Below are positions 10,784 to 19,366 of a DNA stretch of 64,000 bases, piece after piece (the stretch's first letter is position 1; every line of letters begins with the position of its first letter). Origin of the DNA: an uncultured Clostridia bacterium (GTDB taxonomy: Bacteria; Bacillota; Clostridia; Christensenellales; UBA1242); assembly GCA_934757825.1 (NCBI GenBank), contig CAKVLP010000001.1, forward strand, positions 183,267-247,266. The letters run 5' to 3'. A program made the position numbers and the translations under genes. The notes below the pieces were generated by a model, which saw nothing but the letters and a program-made list of their open reading frames with translations, was not told where the DNA came from and searched no databases.

Positions 10784-11858
10784 CTTTTCTTCTCCACGAC
10801 GCAATTAAAAGCATCAAAACAACAAGCAGTTTAAACGAGAAAATTGTGGACGCAAAAGCCACCGAACACACAATTTTTAGAGCGTCGGCAAGGTTTAGAT
10901 ACAGCACAATTAGGAATGCAAAAACGATTGCCATAATAATGACTGACACCCAAAATCTTTGTTTAATCTCAGTGACATATTGTAGCATCTCACACGCGCA
11001 AAGTAACATAATCCCCGCTTGAAAAATTAGCACAATTGTCCATATAATAATGCTTATCCATTCAAGGCGCCCGTTGTTGTACGCCATATTGGAGTAAAGC
11101 GGAACATCGCTCACTGCCAAAATCTGATTAAGCACAGTGTCGCCGAATAGCGCCACAAAAATAAGGAAGAAAAACACAATAACCATATCGGTTAGCAGTG
11201 TAAATCGAATAATTGTGTGAGCGGATTTCTTGGAATAATTAAATCGCCCCATGCAAAGAAGCAACACTAAAAAATCGCCAAACTGAAAAGTCGTTAAAAA
11301 CGAGCCTTTCACGATAGGTTTTAGCCCGTCCGCCATAAATGGAAGCAAGTTGAAGATTTTAAAATCTCTAAGTGGAACAATAACCGAAATAATTGCGCCC
11401 GCAATAACAACATAATAGAAAAATTCCGCTGACCTAGCAAATGTGCGAAAACTCTTATTCATTATATATAATAGTAGCGCCACAAGCGGAAACACAAAAA
11501 GCGCCCAGTCAATGTCTTGAAACAAAAGTTGGACAAAGTAATTTTGAAGTTCTTTAATGGCGATAACCGCTTTTAAAATGTAAAAGACGGTCAGTAGCGT
11601 GCAAATAATTTTGCTAACAACCTTGCCAAACGATTTTTCTAGCACCTCGTAGAATGTGAGGCCTTGGTTTTTCTTCATAACATAAATAATCGCAAGGATA
11701 AATCCAAAGTCGACAAGTAGCGAAAGTATAACCGAAATATAACAGTTGTTGAGAGCATATCGCCCAATAACTGCGGGGAAAATTAAAACTTTAAGCGAAA
11801 TAATGGACAGACTTAACACCACGCCCATTTGGTGATTTGTTATTTCTTTTCCTTTCAT
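10767..11858 (-). CDS. spore germination protein, Ger(x)B subunit (APC-type permease-like, ~10 TM)
   Basis: 363 aa and highly hydrophobic with multiple TM segments. It sits between the A and C subunits. AGGAGG-5nt-ATG. Its start overlaps the A-subunit stop by 4 nt. Confidence 0.8.
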   Translation of the reverse strand: MKGKEITNHQMGVVLSLSIISLKVLIFPAVIGRYALNNCYISVILSLLVDFGFILAIIYVMKKNQGLTFYEVLEKSFGKVVSKIICTLLTVFYILKAVIAIKELQNYFVQLLFQDIDWALFVFPLVALLLYIMNKSFRTFARSAEFFYYVVIAGAIISVIVPLRDFKIFNLLPFMADGLKPIVKGSFLTTFQFGDFLVLLLCMGRFNYSKKSAHTIIRFTLLTDMVIVFFFLIFVALFGDTVLNQILAVSDVPLYSNMAYNNGRLEWISIIIWTIVLIFQAGIMLLCACEMLQYVTEIKQRFWVSVIIMAIVFAFLIVLYLNLADALKIVCSVAFASTIFSFKLLVVLMLLIASWRRKDEKFA

Positions 11859-13300
11859 TTTTGCCTCCTACTCTTAATGTTTTTGATACTTTTAGGTCTA
11901 GTTTTTAAATTGATAAGGTCTTTTTTAAACATAGCGTCTTGCAAATCATTAGGAACAAGCGGAGAAAATGGTGCCAAGTACGCACTGCCATAACTATCAA
12001 AATCGTTAAGATAAAATATAATAAAGATTGAGAGTCCCACTATTCCATAAAAGCCGAGCAACCCTCCGATAATTGTAAATGCAAACCTTAGGGTTATAAA
12101 CTGCGGTGCTTGGTCGGGAATTGTGTACAGAGTAATTCCACTAAGCGCCACAATCATAACAGCGGGCGGAGAGATTATTCCCGCCGACACAGCCGTTTCG
12201 CCCAAGATGAGCGCACCCACAATTGAGAGCGCAATGCCCAGATACTTAGGCATTCGAATGCTCGCCTCATAAAGTATCTCAAAAAGTACCAGCACAAACA
12301 AGGTCTCCGCAAACGGCGAGAGCGGAAGCCCAAGAGTTGTGTTGACTATGGTTATTATAAACGTGAGCGGAATTATCTTGTAATGATAAAGTTGAACCGC
12401 CACATACATTCCAGGGAGTAACAGCGTAATGAAAATACTTGCAACTCTGATAAGTCTAATAATTGAAGCACGCTTATTATCGGAATAATAATCCTCAGGA
12501 CTTTGGATATCTTCAAGCAAAATAAAAGGTAGTGTCAAAACAATTGGCGAGCCGTTTACAATTATCGCAACCCTACCCTCCAAAAGTTTTGCACAAATAA
12601 CATCTGGCTTTTCCGAACTACCCACTTGTTTAAAAATACTATATGGTCGGTTTTCCAAAAATTCACTAATGTAATAAGAGTCAATTACGCCATCAATCTC
12701 AATTTTTTCCAACTTCTTTTTTATTTCAAGTGGTAGTTTTTTGTCACAAACATTATCCAAATAGACAATAACTATATCTGTATTGCTAATTTCCCCGACT
12801 TTTAAGTTGATGGTCTTTAAGTTGGGTGTCGCCAAAATTTCCTTAACAAGAGCCAAGTTGGTTTTATAATTTTCCACAAATCCACGACGTGGTCCTTTCA
12901 AAACCGCGCTTGTAGGAGGCTCTGCAATGGCGCGCTGTTGAAACTGGTCTACACCTAGCACTAGCGCCTCTTTTTGTCCCTCAACCATCACAACCGCCTT
13001 GCCCTTGGTCACATATCCAATAAGTTCGGACACATCGCCCGACTTCTCACTATCGGCAAAAAACAAAACTTCCTCATCTAAGTACTTTATAGTATCCTCA
13101 TCAGGAATATTCTCCGCCAAAATAAGCGGTTCCAACACCGATTGGCTTATAAGTTCTAGATTTACAAGTCCGCTAGAAAAAATGACGCACGCACCCTTTC
13201 CACTTGTTTCAAACCGTCTAACAACAAAGTCGTCGTTATTGTTAAATTTTGTTTTAAAAAATTCTATTTGACTATCCAATTTCCCAGTAAGTTTTTTCAT
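11855..13300 (-). CDS. spore germination protein, Ger(x)A subunit
   Basis: Soluble N-domain plus C-terminal TM bundle (…IRLIRVASIFITLLLPGMYVAV…PFAETLFVLVLFEILYEASIRMPK…), typical of GerAA/GerKA. ATG at 13300 is preceded by AAGGTGA; the track start at 13309 is GTG. Confidence 0.85.
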   Translation of the reverse strand: MKKLTGKLDSQIEFFKTKFNNNDDFVVRRFETSGKGACVIFSSGLVNLELISQSVLEPLILAENIPDEDTIKYLDEEVLFFADSEKSGDVSELIGYVTKGKAVVMVEGQKEALVLGVDQFQQRAIAEPPTSAVLKGPRRGFVENYKTNLALVKEILATPNLKTINLKVGEISNTDIVIVYLDNVCDKKLPLEIKKKLEKIEIDGVIDSYYISEFLENRPYSIFKQVGSSEKPDVICAKLLEGRVAIIVNGSPIVLTLPFILLEDIQSPEDYYSDNKRASIIRLIRVASIFITLLLPGMYVAVQLYHYKIIPLTFIITIVNTTLGLPLSPFAETLFVLVLFEILYEASIRMPKYLGIALSIVGALILGETAVSAGIISPPAVMIVALSGITLYTIPDQAPQFITLRFAFTIIGGLLGFYGIVGLSIFIIFYLNDFDSYGSAYLAPFSPLVPNDLQDAMFKKDLINLKTRPKSIKNIKSRRQK

Positions 13301-13455
13301 AATTTTCACCTTTTACATATTTTGCGTGAAAAGAGTTACTATTATGCAGTGGTAAACATTCAATTTTCTTATTTTTTTAAGCATTAAGTGTTTACTTTTT
13401 TTTATTTTGTGATACAATACTTATACCAAATAAAAACAAAAGAGGAAAATTGAAA

Positions 13456-14061
13456 ATGCGAAAATATACCGACCGAATTGACATCTTCGAAGAAATTCAG
13501 ACACCAGCACAAGCAGAGCGCGTAGCCGCTATTGGCGCTTCATATTACACCGAAGCCCCTGTTGGATATGGCAAATATCACGTTACTGATATGTCTAAAT
13601 ATGAAGAATTTGAAGACGAAAACAAAAGATTACAAGCATATATGAAAATTGCCGGTCAAATTTGCGAACTTAAAAAGGATTACAACAAAAAAGATGGCTA
13701 TCCAGAAGGATATGTTCAAACTTTTATAAACTACTTTGATACTAGCACTCTTGACAAAAAGGAAACCAAGTTATTTCACAAGGCAGCCAAATTGGTAGTT
13801 AAAAATAGTGCTGAGGAAAAAGCAAGAGCACAAGCAGAACGCGTAAAAATAGCAAAGGAAAGGAGGCAGGCCAGACAAGCCCAATATGCAAAACAAAGAA
13901 GAGCAGATAAAAAGGCTGGCATTACTCGCGAAGCCAAACCAACTGTGCCTCCTACTGCTAGTAAGAAAATTAGTTCTTTGGAAGAATTCCGCAAAGTTAT
14001 TCAAGACTCACGCGAAAGAAAAAACGAATTTAAAAATCGCGAAACAACAAAAACTAGATAG
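13456..14061 (+). CDS. hypothetical protein with strongly basic K/R/Q-rich C-terminal half
   Basis: AGAGGA-9nt-ATG at 13456 (the track start at 13450 is TTG). Followed by the bidirectional terminator at 14105-14142. No family recognised. Confidence 0.55.
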   Translation: MRKYTDRIDIFEEIQTPAQAERVAAIGASYYTEAPVGYGKYHVTDMSKYEEFEDENKRLQAYMKIAGQICELKKDYNKKDGYPEGYVQTFINYFDTSTLDKKETKLFHKAAKLVVKNSAEEKARAQAERVKIAKERRQARQAQYAKQRRADKKAGITREAKPTVPPTASKKISSLEEFRKVIQDSRERKNEFKNRETTKTR

Positions 14062-14104
14062 GTTTTTTATTATTTAATAACAACACTATTATAAAAATTA
14101 AAGT

Positions 14105-14142
14105 TAAAAAAAGATTAAGTAATCTCTACTTAATCTTTTTTT
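14105..14142. terminator. bidirectional intrinsic terminator
   Basis: 11-bp perfect stem aagattaagta/tacttaatctt with a 5-nt loop, A-run on the left and T-run on the right. It lies between convergent genes ending at 14061(+) and 14205(-). Confidence 0.8.
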
Positions 14143-14204
14143 GTTATTAAATTCTTAGTTGGCTTAAAACGCAATACTTTTATATTGTATTATTACAATA
14201 AATA

Positions 14205-16859
14205 CTATTCCCCTTCCCCGCTTTGAACGGTCTCAAAAGTTATGTTAAACTTGCCTACTGTTTGTTCCATCTCCTTGTAAGTTCCGTCATCTTGTTGGAC
14301 AAGTGAATTTTCAGTTTCGTCAGTTGTATTTTCAACTCGGGTTATTGTAACTTGTTTTTTTGCGCCAGTCTTTGCAATCATAGCGCTAAGAATCTCGGCA
14401 AACTTTGTAATTCTTTGTTCGTCGGTCATTTCAGATAGTTCGCTTTCGGTAACACCGTTTGCGGTCAATGTGCCGTCAATTAGTTCCTTAGCAATAGAAA
14501 CATTGCTTGACCTTGTAACACCATTGGAAAGCGCGTATTCAAGGTATTTTTGAAGCCTTAAATTCGATAGCAAACTTACATTTGTTCCGATTACCACAAA
14601 CACACCCTTATCGCCATTAGCATTGTATTCAAATTGTAGTAAGCTCTCTGGCAAGTAATAGTACACAGTTTTGGTTGTTGTCGCACCCGCAGAATCAGTT
14701 AAAGTCACTTTAATACCCTCTTTATCATTGACGATATGCGACATACTGTATGTTTGCGCTTGATAGATTGTAAACGATTGCGACCCAAACAAATATTTTA
14801 CTTGTTCGCCATTGTCAAGAGTGGACATAAAGCATTTCTGAACAGATCCATTTACATCAACAAAAGATTTTTTAAATACAAGTTCTACTTTCTGAGCATC
14901 ATTTCTTAGCATATAATCTATAGCATCTCTTAGTTCTTCGCTCGACCCAACCACTCTTGTTGTGGTGCCAGTAAGTGGTTTTTCATAAAAACTATAATAT
15001 TCTGTGGTGTTCATCATTTTGTATAGTGGTTCGTTTTCAAAAGCGATGTGGTCGTCCTCAATATACTCATCGTCAACCAAGAAATATTTGTGACAAGATA
15101 GTTCGTGAGTGTCTTCGTGGTAGTATATTAAATATGGATGAATCCAATCGGTAGCATAAACCATTTTTTGGTCACCCGTGCTAAGTTCTGTCCACGTAAT
15201 GTCAACAACGTACCACTTATTGTCAATATATACCTTGTTCCAGGCGTGACCGCCTTCTCCCGAATCGGTCTTAGCGTTTCCCACAACCCTAACCGCGTCC
15301 ACTCCTTCCATATTGCAAAGAAGTGCAAATGATTTGCTCATTGCGTCGCACACAACAACGTGTGAGTCAGATAAAAACATTCCTTCCAAATAGTAGCATG
15401 CCCTATCCATAGGGTTGATGTTGTTGTTTTTATTAAGCGAAAGGCGATAAGTTTTCCAGTCGTAGGTGCTATTATTCATGATATAATCAAATATTGAAAG
15501 TGCTTTTTCGTAGTCGGTCATTCCGTCGTAGATAATAGTGCACAAAATTCGTTTTGCCTCGGCGTATATTAGTCCCGCGCGACTTGTCTTATCTGTGATA
15601 ATTGGCGTAACATGATTTGTAACTGCCCACAAAAGTTCCTCACTTGTTGCGACTTCTGTGCTTAACATCCAGCCATCGGAAACGAACTGGTGGGTGTTAA
15701 TATCACGTTTTTTGTAAATACTAGACTCGGAAATTGTTTCGTAATATGGTGTTGAAATTGCTTGTTTTAGTTCGGGGTCATTCTTAGTAGCATCGGCATA
15801 ATCTGGCTCTTTAACGCTATACTTACACGATAGATTGAATACCTTATCATCGGTCTTAGTGCTCTTTTTGCTAAGTGTAGGCATTGATGCAAAGCCATAA
15901 GTTTCGTAGTAGGAATATAACAATATATAGTCGTCGGCAGTGCCGGTCATTGTGTCAAAATATGTATCGGAATAGTTGTTGTAAAACTCCTTGCTTACCA
16001 TAAAGTCAAGGGTTTCTAGTCGATAAATAAATGCGTAATAGTATATGTTTTTAAGTTCGTCTAAATTTTCGATGTAATAATCGTACACACCGCCTTTAAA
16101 GATGTAATAATTATCGGTGTAAATGCCACGCTCTGCTATATCCATAGGGTTGTAAAACAATAGATTTGAAGCATACACTGTGCCGTCGTTATATTTAGCC
16201 CCAATCCTTACAACCACCACATCGTGCGAATATGTGTCACTACTTAAAAGTGTGTATTCTTTTAATTCTGTTTCAATGTTTTTAACTCCCAGCGTATTGG
16301 AGTAAATAGAGATTACAAATGTTTCAAAATTCGTGCTATCACTAGGGTCAGACCAAGTGATTCTTTTGCCCGAAATGTTGACCGATGTAGGATTAAAATT
16401 GCTATCCGACTTGTAATACACTTCGCTTGAATTTAAGATAGACAAATTATTGTCAAGCACATCAGTCGCGTCGCCATAAATCACCGAAGTTGTAATCGTC
16501 TTTTTACCGTCGATATAATCCCCACCGCCAATGGCTTTAAGTTGGAATCTATACTCACCCGCTTTCACTTCACCTGCGTTTGTTTTAGGCAAATAGTCGT
16601 AGTAATTGAAAACGTGCTGGCTAGACGATGTATTCTCTTTAATGGTGGTTATGACGTTTTCGTTTAGATAAACTTCATAACTCGATGCGGAATAATTTGC
16701 GTCAAATGTGATGGTGTAGGCTTCTTTGTTGACGGTTATTGCGGGAGTGGAAAGTTTCGAACTACTAAAAAAGTCGCAACCACCAAGTATTCCAGCGCAA
16801 AGCACCAAAACTACTAAGCCACAAATTATTCTTCGTGAAATTTTTTTAAATTTGTTCAT
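14205..16859 (-). CDS. lipoprotein with transglutaminase-like (Cys-His-Asp) core domain
   Basis: Lipobox LCAGILGG-C at residues ~20-28. Core motif VCDAMSKSFALLCNMEGVDAVRVVGN…GGHAWNKVYIDNKWYVVDITW matches the transglutaminase-like/BTLCP pattern C…H.W…D. AAAGGAT SD. Last gene of the 20950-14205 operon. Confidence 0.75.
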   Translation of the reverse strand: MNKFKKISRRIICGLVVLVLCAGILGGCDFFSSSKLSTPAITVNKEAYTITFDANYSASSYEVYLNENVITTIKENTSSSQHVFNYYDYLPKTNAGEVKAGEYRFQLKAIGGGDYIDGKKTITTSVIYGDATDVLDNNLSILNSSEVYYKSDSNFNPTSVNISGKRITWSDPSDSTNFETFVISIYSNTLGVKNIETELKEYTLLSSDTYSHDVVVVRIGAKYNDGTVYASNLLFYNPMDIAERGIYTDNYYIFKGGVYDYYIENLDELKNIYYYAFIYRLETLDFMVSKEFYNNYSDTYFDTMTGTADDYILLYSYYETYGFASMPTLSKKSTKTDDKVFNLSCKYSVKEPDYADATKNDPELKQAISTPYYETISESSIYKKRDINTHQFVSDGWMLSTEVATSEELLWAVTNHVTPIITDKTSRAGLIYAEAKRILCTIIYDGMTDYEKALSIFDYIMNNSTYDWKTYRLSLNKNNNINPMDRACYYLEGMFLSDSHVVVCDAMSKSFALLCNMEGVDAVRVVGNAKTDSGEGGHAWNKVYIDNKWYVVDITWTELSTGDQKMVYATDWIHPYLIYYHEDTHELSCHKYFLVDDEYIEDDHIAFENEPLYKMMNTTEYYSFYEKPLTGTTTRVVGSSEELRDAIDYMLRNDAQKVELVFKKSFVDVNGSVQKCFMSTLDNGEQVKYLFGSQSFTIYQAQTYSMSHIVNDKEGIKVTLTDSAGATTTKTVYYYLPESLLQFEYNANGDKGVFVVIGTNVSLLSNLRLQKYLEYALSNGVTRSSNVSIAKELIDGTLTANGVTESELSEMTDEQRITKFAEILSAMIAKTGAKKQVTITRVENTTDETENSLVQQDDGTYKEMEQTVGKFNITFETVQSGEGE

Positions 16860-16886
16860 AATAATATCCTTTAAAAAGTAAATGTA

Positions 16887-17726
16887 CTAATTATTTATTC
16901 TATTACCCTGATTGTTGATTCCCTTTTTCATATTGTTTATCCAGCGTCTTGGTGCGGTGTTCCACGCATTGGACTCGTCGACACCCAAGTTTGCCACATC
17001 GGCTTGAACAGCCTCAATGTTAACAATGATTTCCGCTTTTTTGCCACCAAAATTGTTGGTGGTCTTAACGTAGTCAAACTGAATTTCGTTGAAAAGTGTC
17101 AAGCTTTGCTGTGGTTTTAGCGAACCATAATGATAATAGTAGCCGTCCCATTTATAACTTTCTATTTCTTCTGTCGGATTGTAAATGTGCCAGTTTTCGG
17201 CGTCAATGTCGCTTATAACTGGAACAATAACGTCGGTGTATTCCACCCCGTCTAACATAAGCGAAATTTTGTAGCGGACATAAATGTTTGCCCCCTCTTC
17301 GTTTTCGTCACCACTAAAATTGTCGGAGTTTCTAACAGCCACCACAACGGCAAATTTGTCACCAGGGTAAATCTGCTTGTATCTAATACTTTGATCGGTG
17401 GAAGAACCCTGCTCAGGGTCGAGGTTTTCGGTAAGTTGGGTACTAAGTTTTATTTGTGCGCCACCTGTAATGTCGGCTTTGTTTCGCGTGAAGAAATACA
17501 CCGCAACCCCAATGCCTCCAAGCAAAATCAAAACAAGCAGTATTATGCCAATTCGCTTAAACCAAAGCCAAAACGCGCCTTTTCTATCGTCGTCATCGTC
17601 GTCTCTTCGGTTAAGTTGGTCATTAAGTTTTTTAATGTTTTGGTCTCTTTCCGCATTTGGCTTTGGCGAAGAAGAACCCGGCGCAGACGTGTTTTGTCTA
17701 TTAAAATCGTTATCTTTTGATGCCAT
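16887..17726 (-). CDS. TasA/CalY-like domain protein with N-terminal cytoplasmic extension and TM anchor
   Basis: About 55 aa of polar N-terminus including RRDDDDDDRK, then TM IGIILLVLILLGGIGVAVYFFTRNKADITGGAQIKL, a PGD strand (YPGDKFAVVVAVRN), and the terminal strand IIVNIEAVQADV shared with the three upstream paralogues. GGAG SD. Confidence 0.6.
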   Translation of the reverse strand: MASKDNDFNRQNTSAPGSSSPKPNAERDQNIKKLNDQLNRRDDDDDDRKGAFWLWFKRIGIILLVLILLGGIGVAVYFFTRNKADITGGAQIKLSTQLTENLDPEQGSSTDQSIRYKQIYPGDKFAVVVAVRNSDNFSGDENEEGANIYVRYKISLMLDGVEYTDVIVPVISDIDAENWHIYNPTEEIESYKWDGYYYHYGSLKPQQSLTLFNEIQFDYVKTTNNFGGKKAEIIVNIEAVQADVANLGVDESNAWNTAPRRWINNMKKGINNQGNRINN

Positions 17727-17863
17727 ATCCTTCTCCTTTTAAGTTTTTTTTAACCTTGTACTTTATCCTTATATTGTTTTCTTAATGTTGTTTTTTATAT
17801 TGCTTTTGTTATTATTTTCTTTATTATATAACTTTTTTTTGATGATTTATTTTGTCAACTATT

Positions 17864-18556
17864 TTAGTCGTGTCCCCAAACTTCGTGATATTTAGCGTTA
17901 GTAACACCCGCTGCAAGTGGGTCTGAAACACCCTCTACTTGTAATGTGTCTACTGTAAATAGGAAAGACAATTTTTTAGATGCAAATCTATTGTCAAGCG
18001 CTAGCGAAACCTTAATTCCGCCATTGATAAATGTAACCACTTGACCTGGATTTAACTCACGCGCAATGTTGGTCGAACCGCGAAGTTTTAACACGTACCA
18101 GTAGTCGTGCTCAACGCCCCTACTAAAATCAACCAAAACCCAGTCCTCTGGCAAAACGTCTTTGTCCACAAATCCCTCTGTGAAGCCCTCAATCATTCCT
18201 TCCCAACTAACTGGCTGGTTGTTTTTGTCGTACACGTCTTCAAAGTCGACGATAAGTTTTGCTCTTACATAAGCCGTTGACGAGTCGTCTGCCATCTGAA
18301 CACCGATGTTGATTTGAAGTTCATCGCCCGGCATAACCGCGTCTGGCGTGCCTATTGACACATCGCTCATTGTAATGTCGCTGGTCATATTAACCACAAT
18401 TGGCTTTGCAAATGTGATGTTTAAGTGTTGGGTACTTGTCTTAATGTACCACGCAAATGTAAACGAGAAAACAGACAACACGCACACAAAAATTGCAACA
18501 ACTATGTACAATGTCGACAACATATTAAGTTTTGATTTCTTGCGTTTTTTGTTCAT
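17864..18556 (-). CDS. TasA/CalY/camelysin-like secreted protein (SipW-type signal-anchor motif)
   Basis: N-terminus KKRKKSK plus hydrophobic segment ending FTFAWYIKTS (compare GTFAYFSD of CalY/TasA). MPGDELQINIGV strand. Terminal strand FLFTVDTLQVEG. GGAGG-7nt-ATG. Confidence 0.6.
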   Translation of the reverse strand: MNKKRKKSKLNMLSTLYIVVAIFVCVLSVFSFTFAWYIKTSTQHLNITFAKPIVVNMTSDITMSDVSIGTPDAVMPGDELQINIGVQMADDSSTAYVRAKLIVDFEDVYDKNNQPVSWEGMIEGFTEGFVDKDVLPEDWVLVDFSRGVEHDYWYVLKLRGSTNIARELNPGQVVTFINGGIKVSLALDNRFASKKLSFLFTVDTLQVEGVSDPLAAGVTNAKYHEVWGHD

Positions 18557-18611
18557 CTATTTCCTCCTTATTATTGTAAATTGATTAGTAATTTGGGCTT
18601 AAATATTGCTC

Positions 18612-19211
18612 TTATGCACCCACAAAGGTTTTAAATGCCGATGGAGCGTTTGCCCAGCCTTCGACTCCGCCTTGGATAAGCGCCTTACAAGCACCCGCTT
18701 GTGCTTGAACCGCGCCCACTGTCACTTTTAGCGTAACCGATTGTCCCGCATCGGGATTTCCAAAATCAAGCGTCCTAAAAGCGTCGCAGAATGTAAGAGT
18801 CGTGTTTTGTGTAACTTTGCCTTTGTAGAAAAAGTATCCTTTTGTGTCGTTAGTGTCGCCACCAAGCCACAAATTGCTTTTGGGAACTGGTTTAATTATA
18901 TCGCTTGCCTCAACGTAAACATACAAATAAATATCGCCACTTGTGGACTTATTTGTAATCGTTAGGGTGTAATCGGTGCCTGTGTATGTGGTGTTTGGGC
19001 TAAGCACTTCGGCAAACTTAATTTTGCCGTCCGAATTAGGGCCTCCGCCAATCGTAAACAACACTTGTCCAGCAGTGATAGCACCGCTTACGCTATGCGT
19101 ATCAAATAGATACGATAAGGTTATGGAGGAAACAAATGTTATGGTTAGCACAATTGCCATTGTAAAAATAATAATGCACGCTACTCTGTCTTTTTTAGTC
19201 CAACTACTCAC
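18612..19211 (-). CDS. TasA/CalY/camelysin-like secreted protein (SipW-type signal-anchor motif)
   Basis: GTG start with GGAGG-6nt. Hydrophobic segment ending ITLSYLFDTHSVSGAITAGQV, closely parallel to CalY FAYFSDKEVSNNTFAAGTL. Terminal strand LKVTVGAVQAQA. Confidence 0.65.
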   Translation of the reverse strand: MSSWTKKDRVACIIIFTMAIVLTITFVSSITLSYLFDTHSVSGAITAGQVLFTIGGGPNSDGKIKFAEVLSPNTTYTGTDYTLTITNKSTSGDIYLYVYVEASDIIKPVPKSNLWLGGDTNDTKGYFFYKGKVTQNTTLTFCDAFRTLDFGNPDAGQSVTLKVTVGAVQAQAGACKALIQGGVEGWANAPSAFKTFVGA

Positions 19212-19366
19212 TTTCTTCCTCCTTTTTTAGTTTGTTTAATTTTGTAAATCTATTTTAAACTGCTTTGCTTATTTTCTCTATTTTTTGCTTACTTTTTCTC
19301 AATTTGCAGTAATTGTAGTTTGTTTAACTTTTGTATTATTTAATGGTCTATTTTACCCCTACAACA

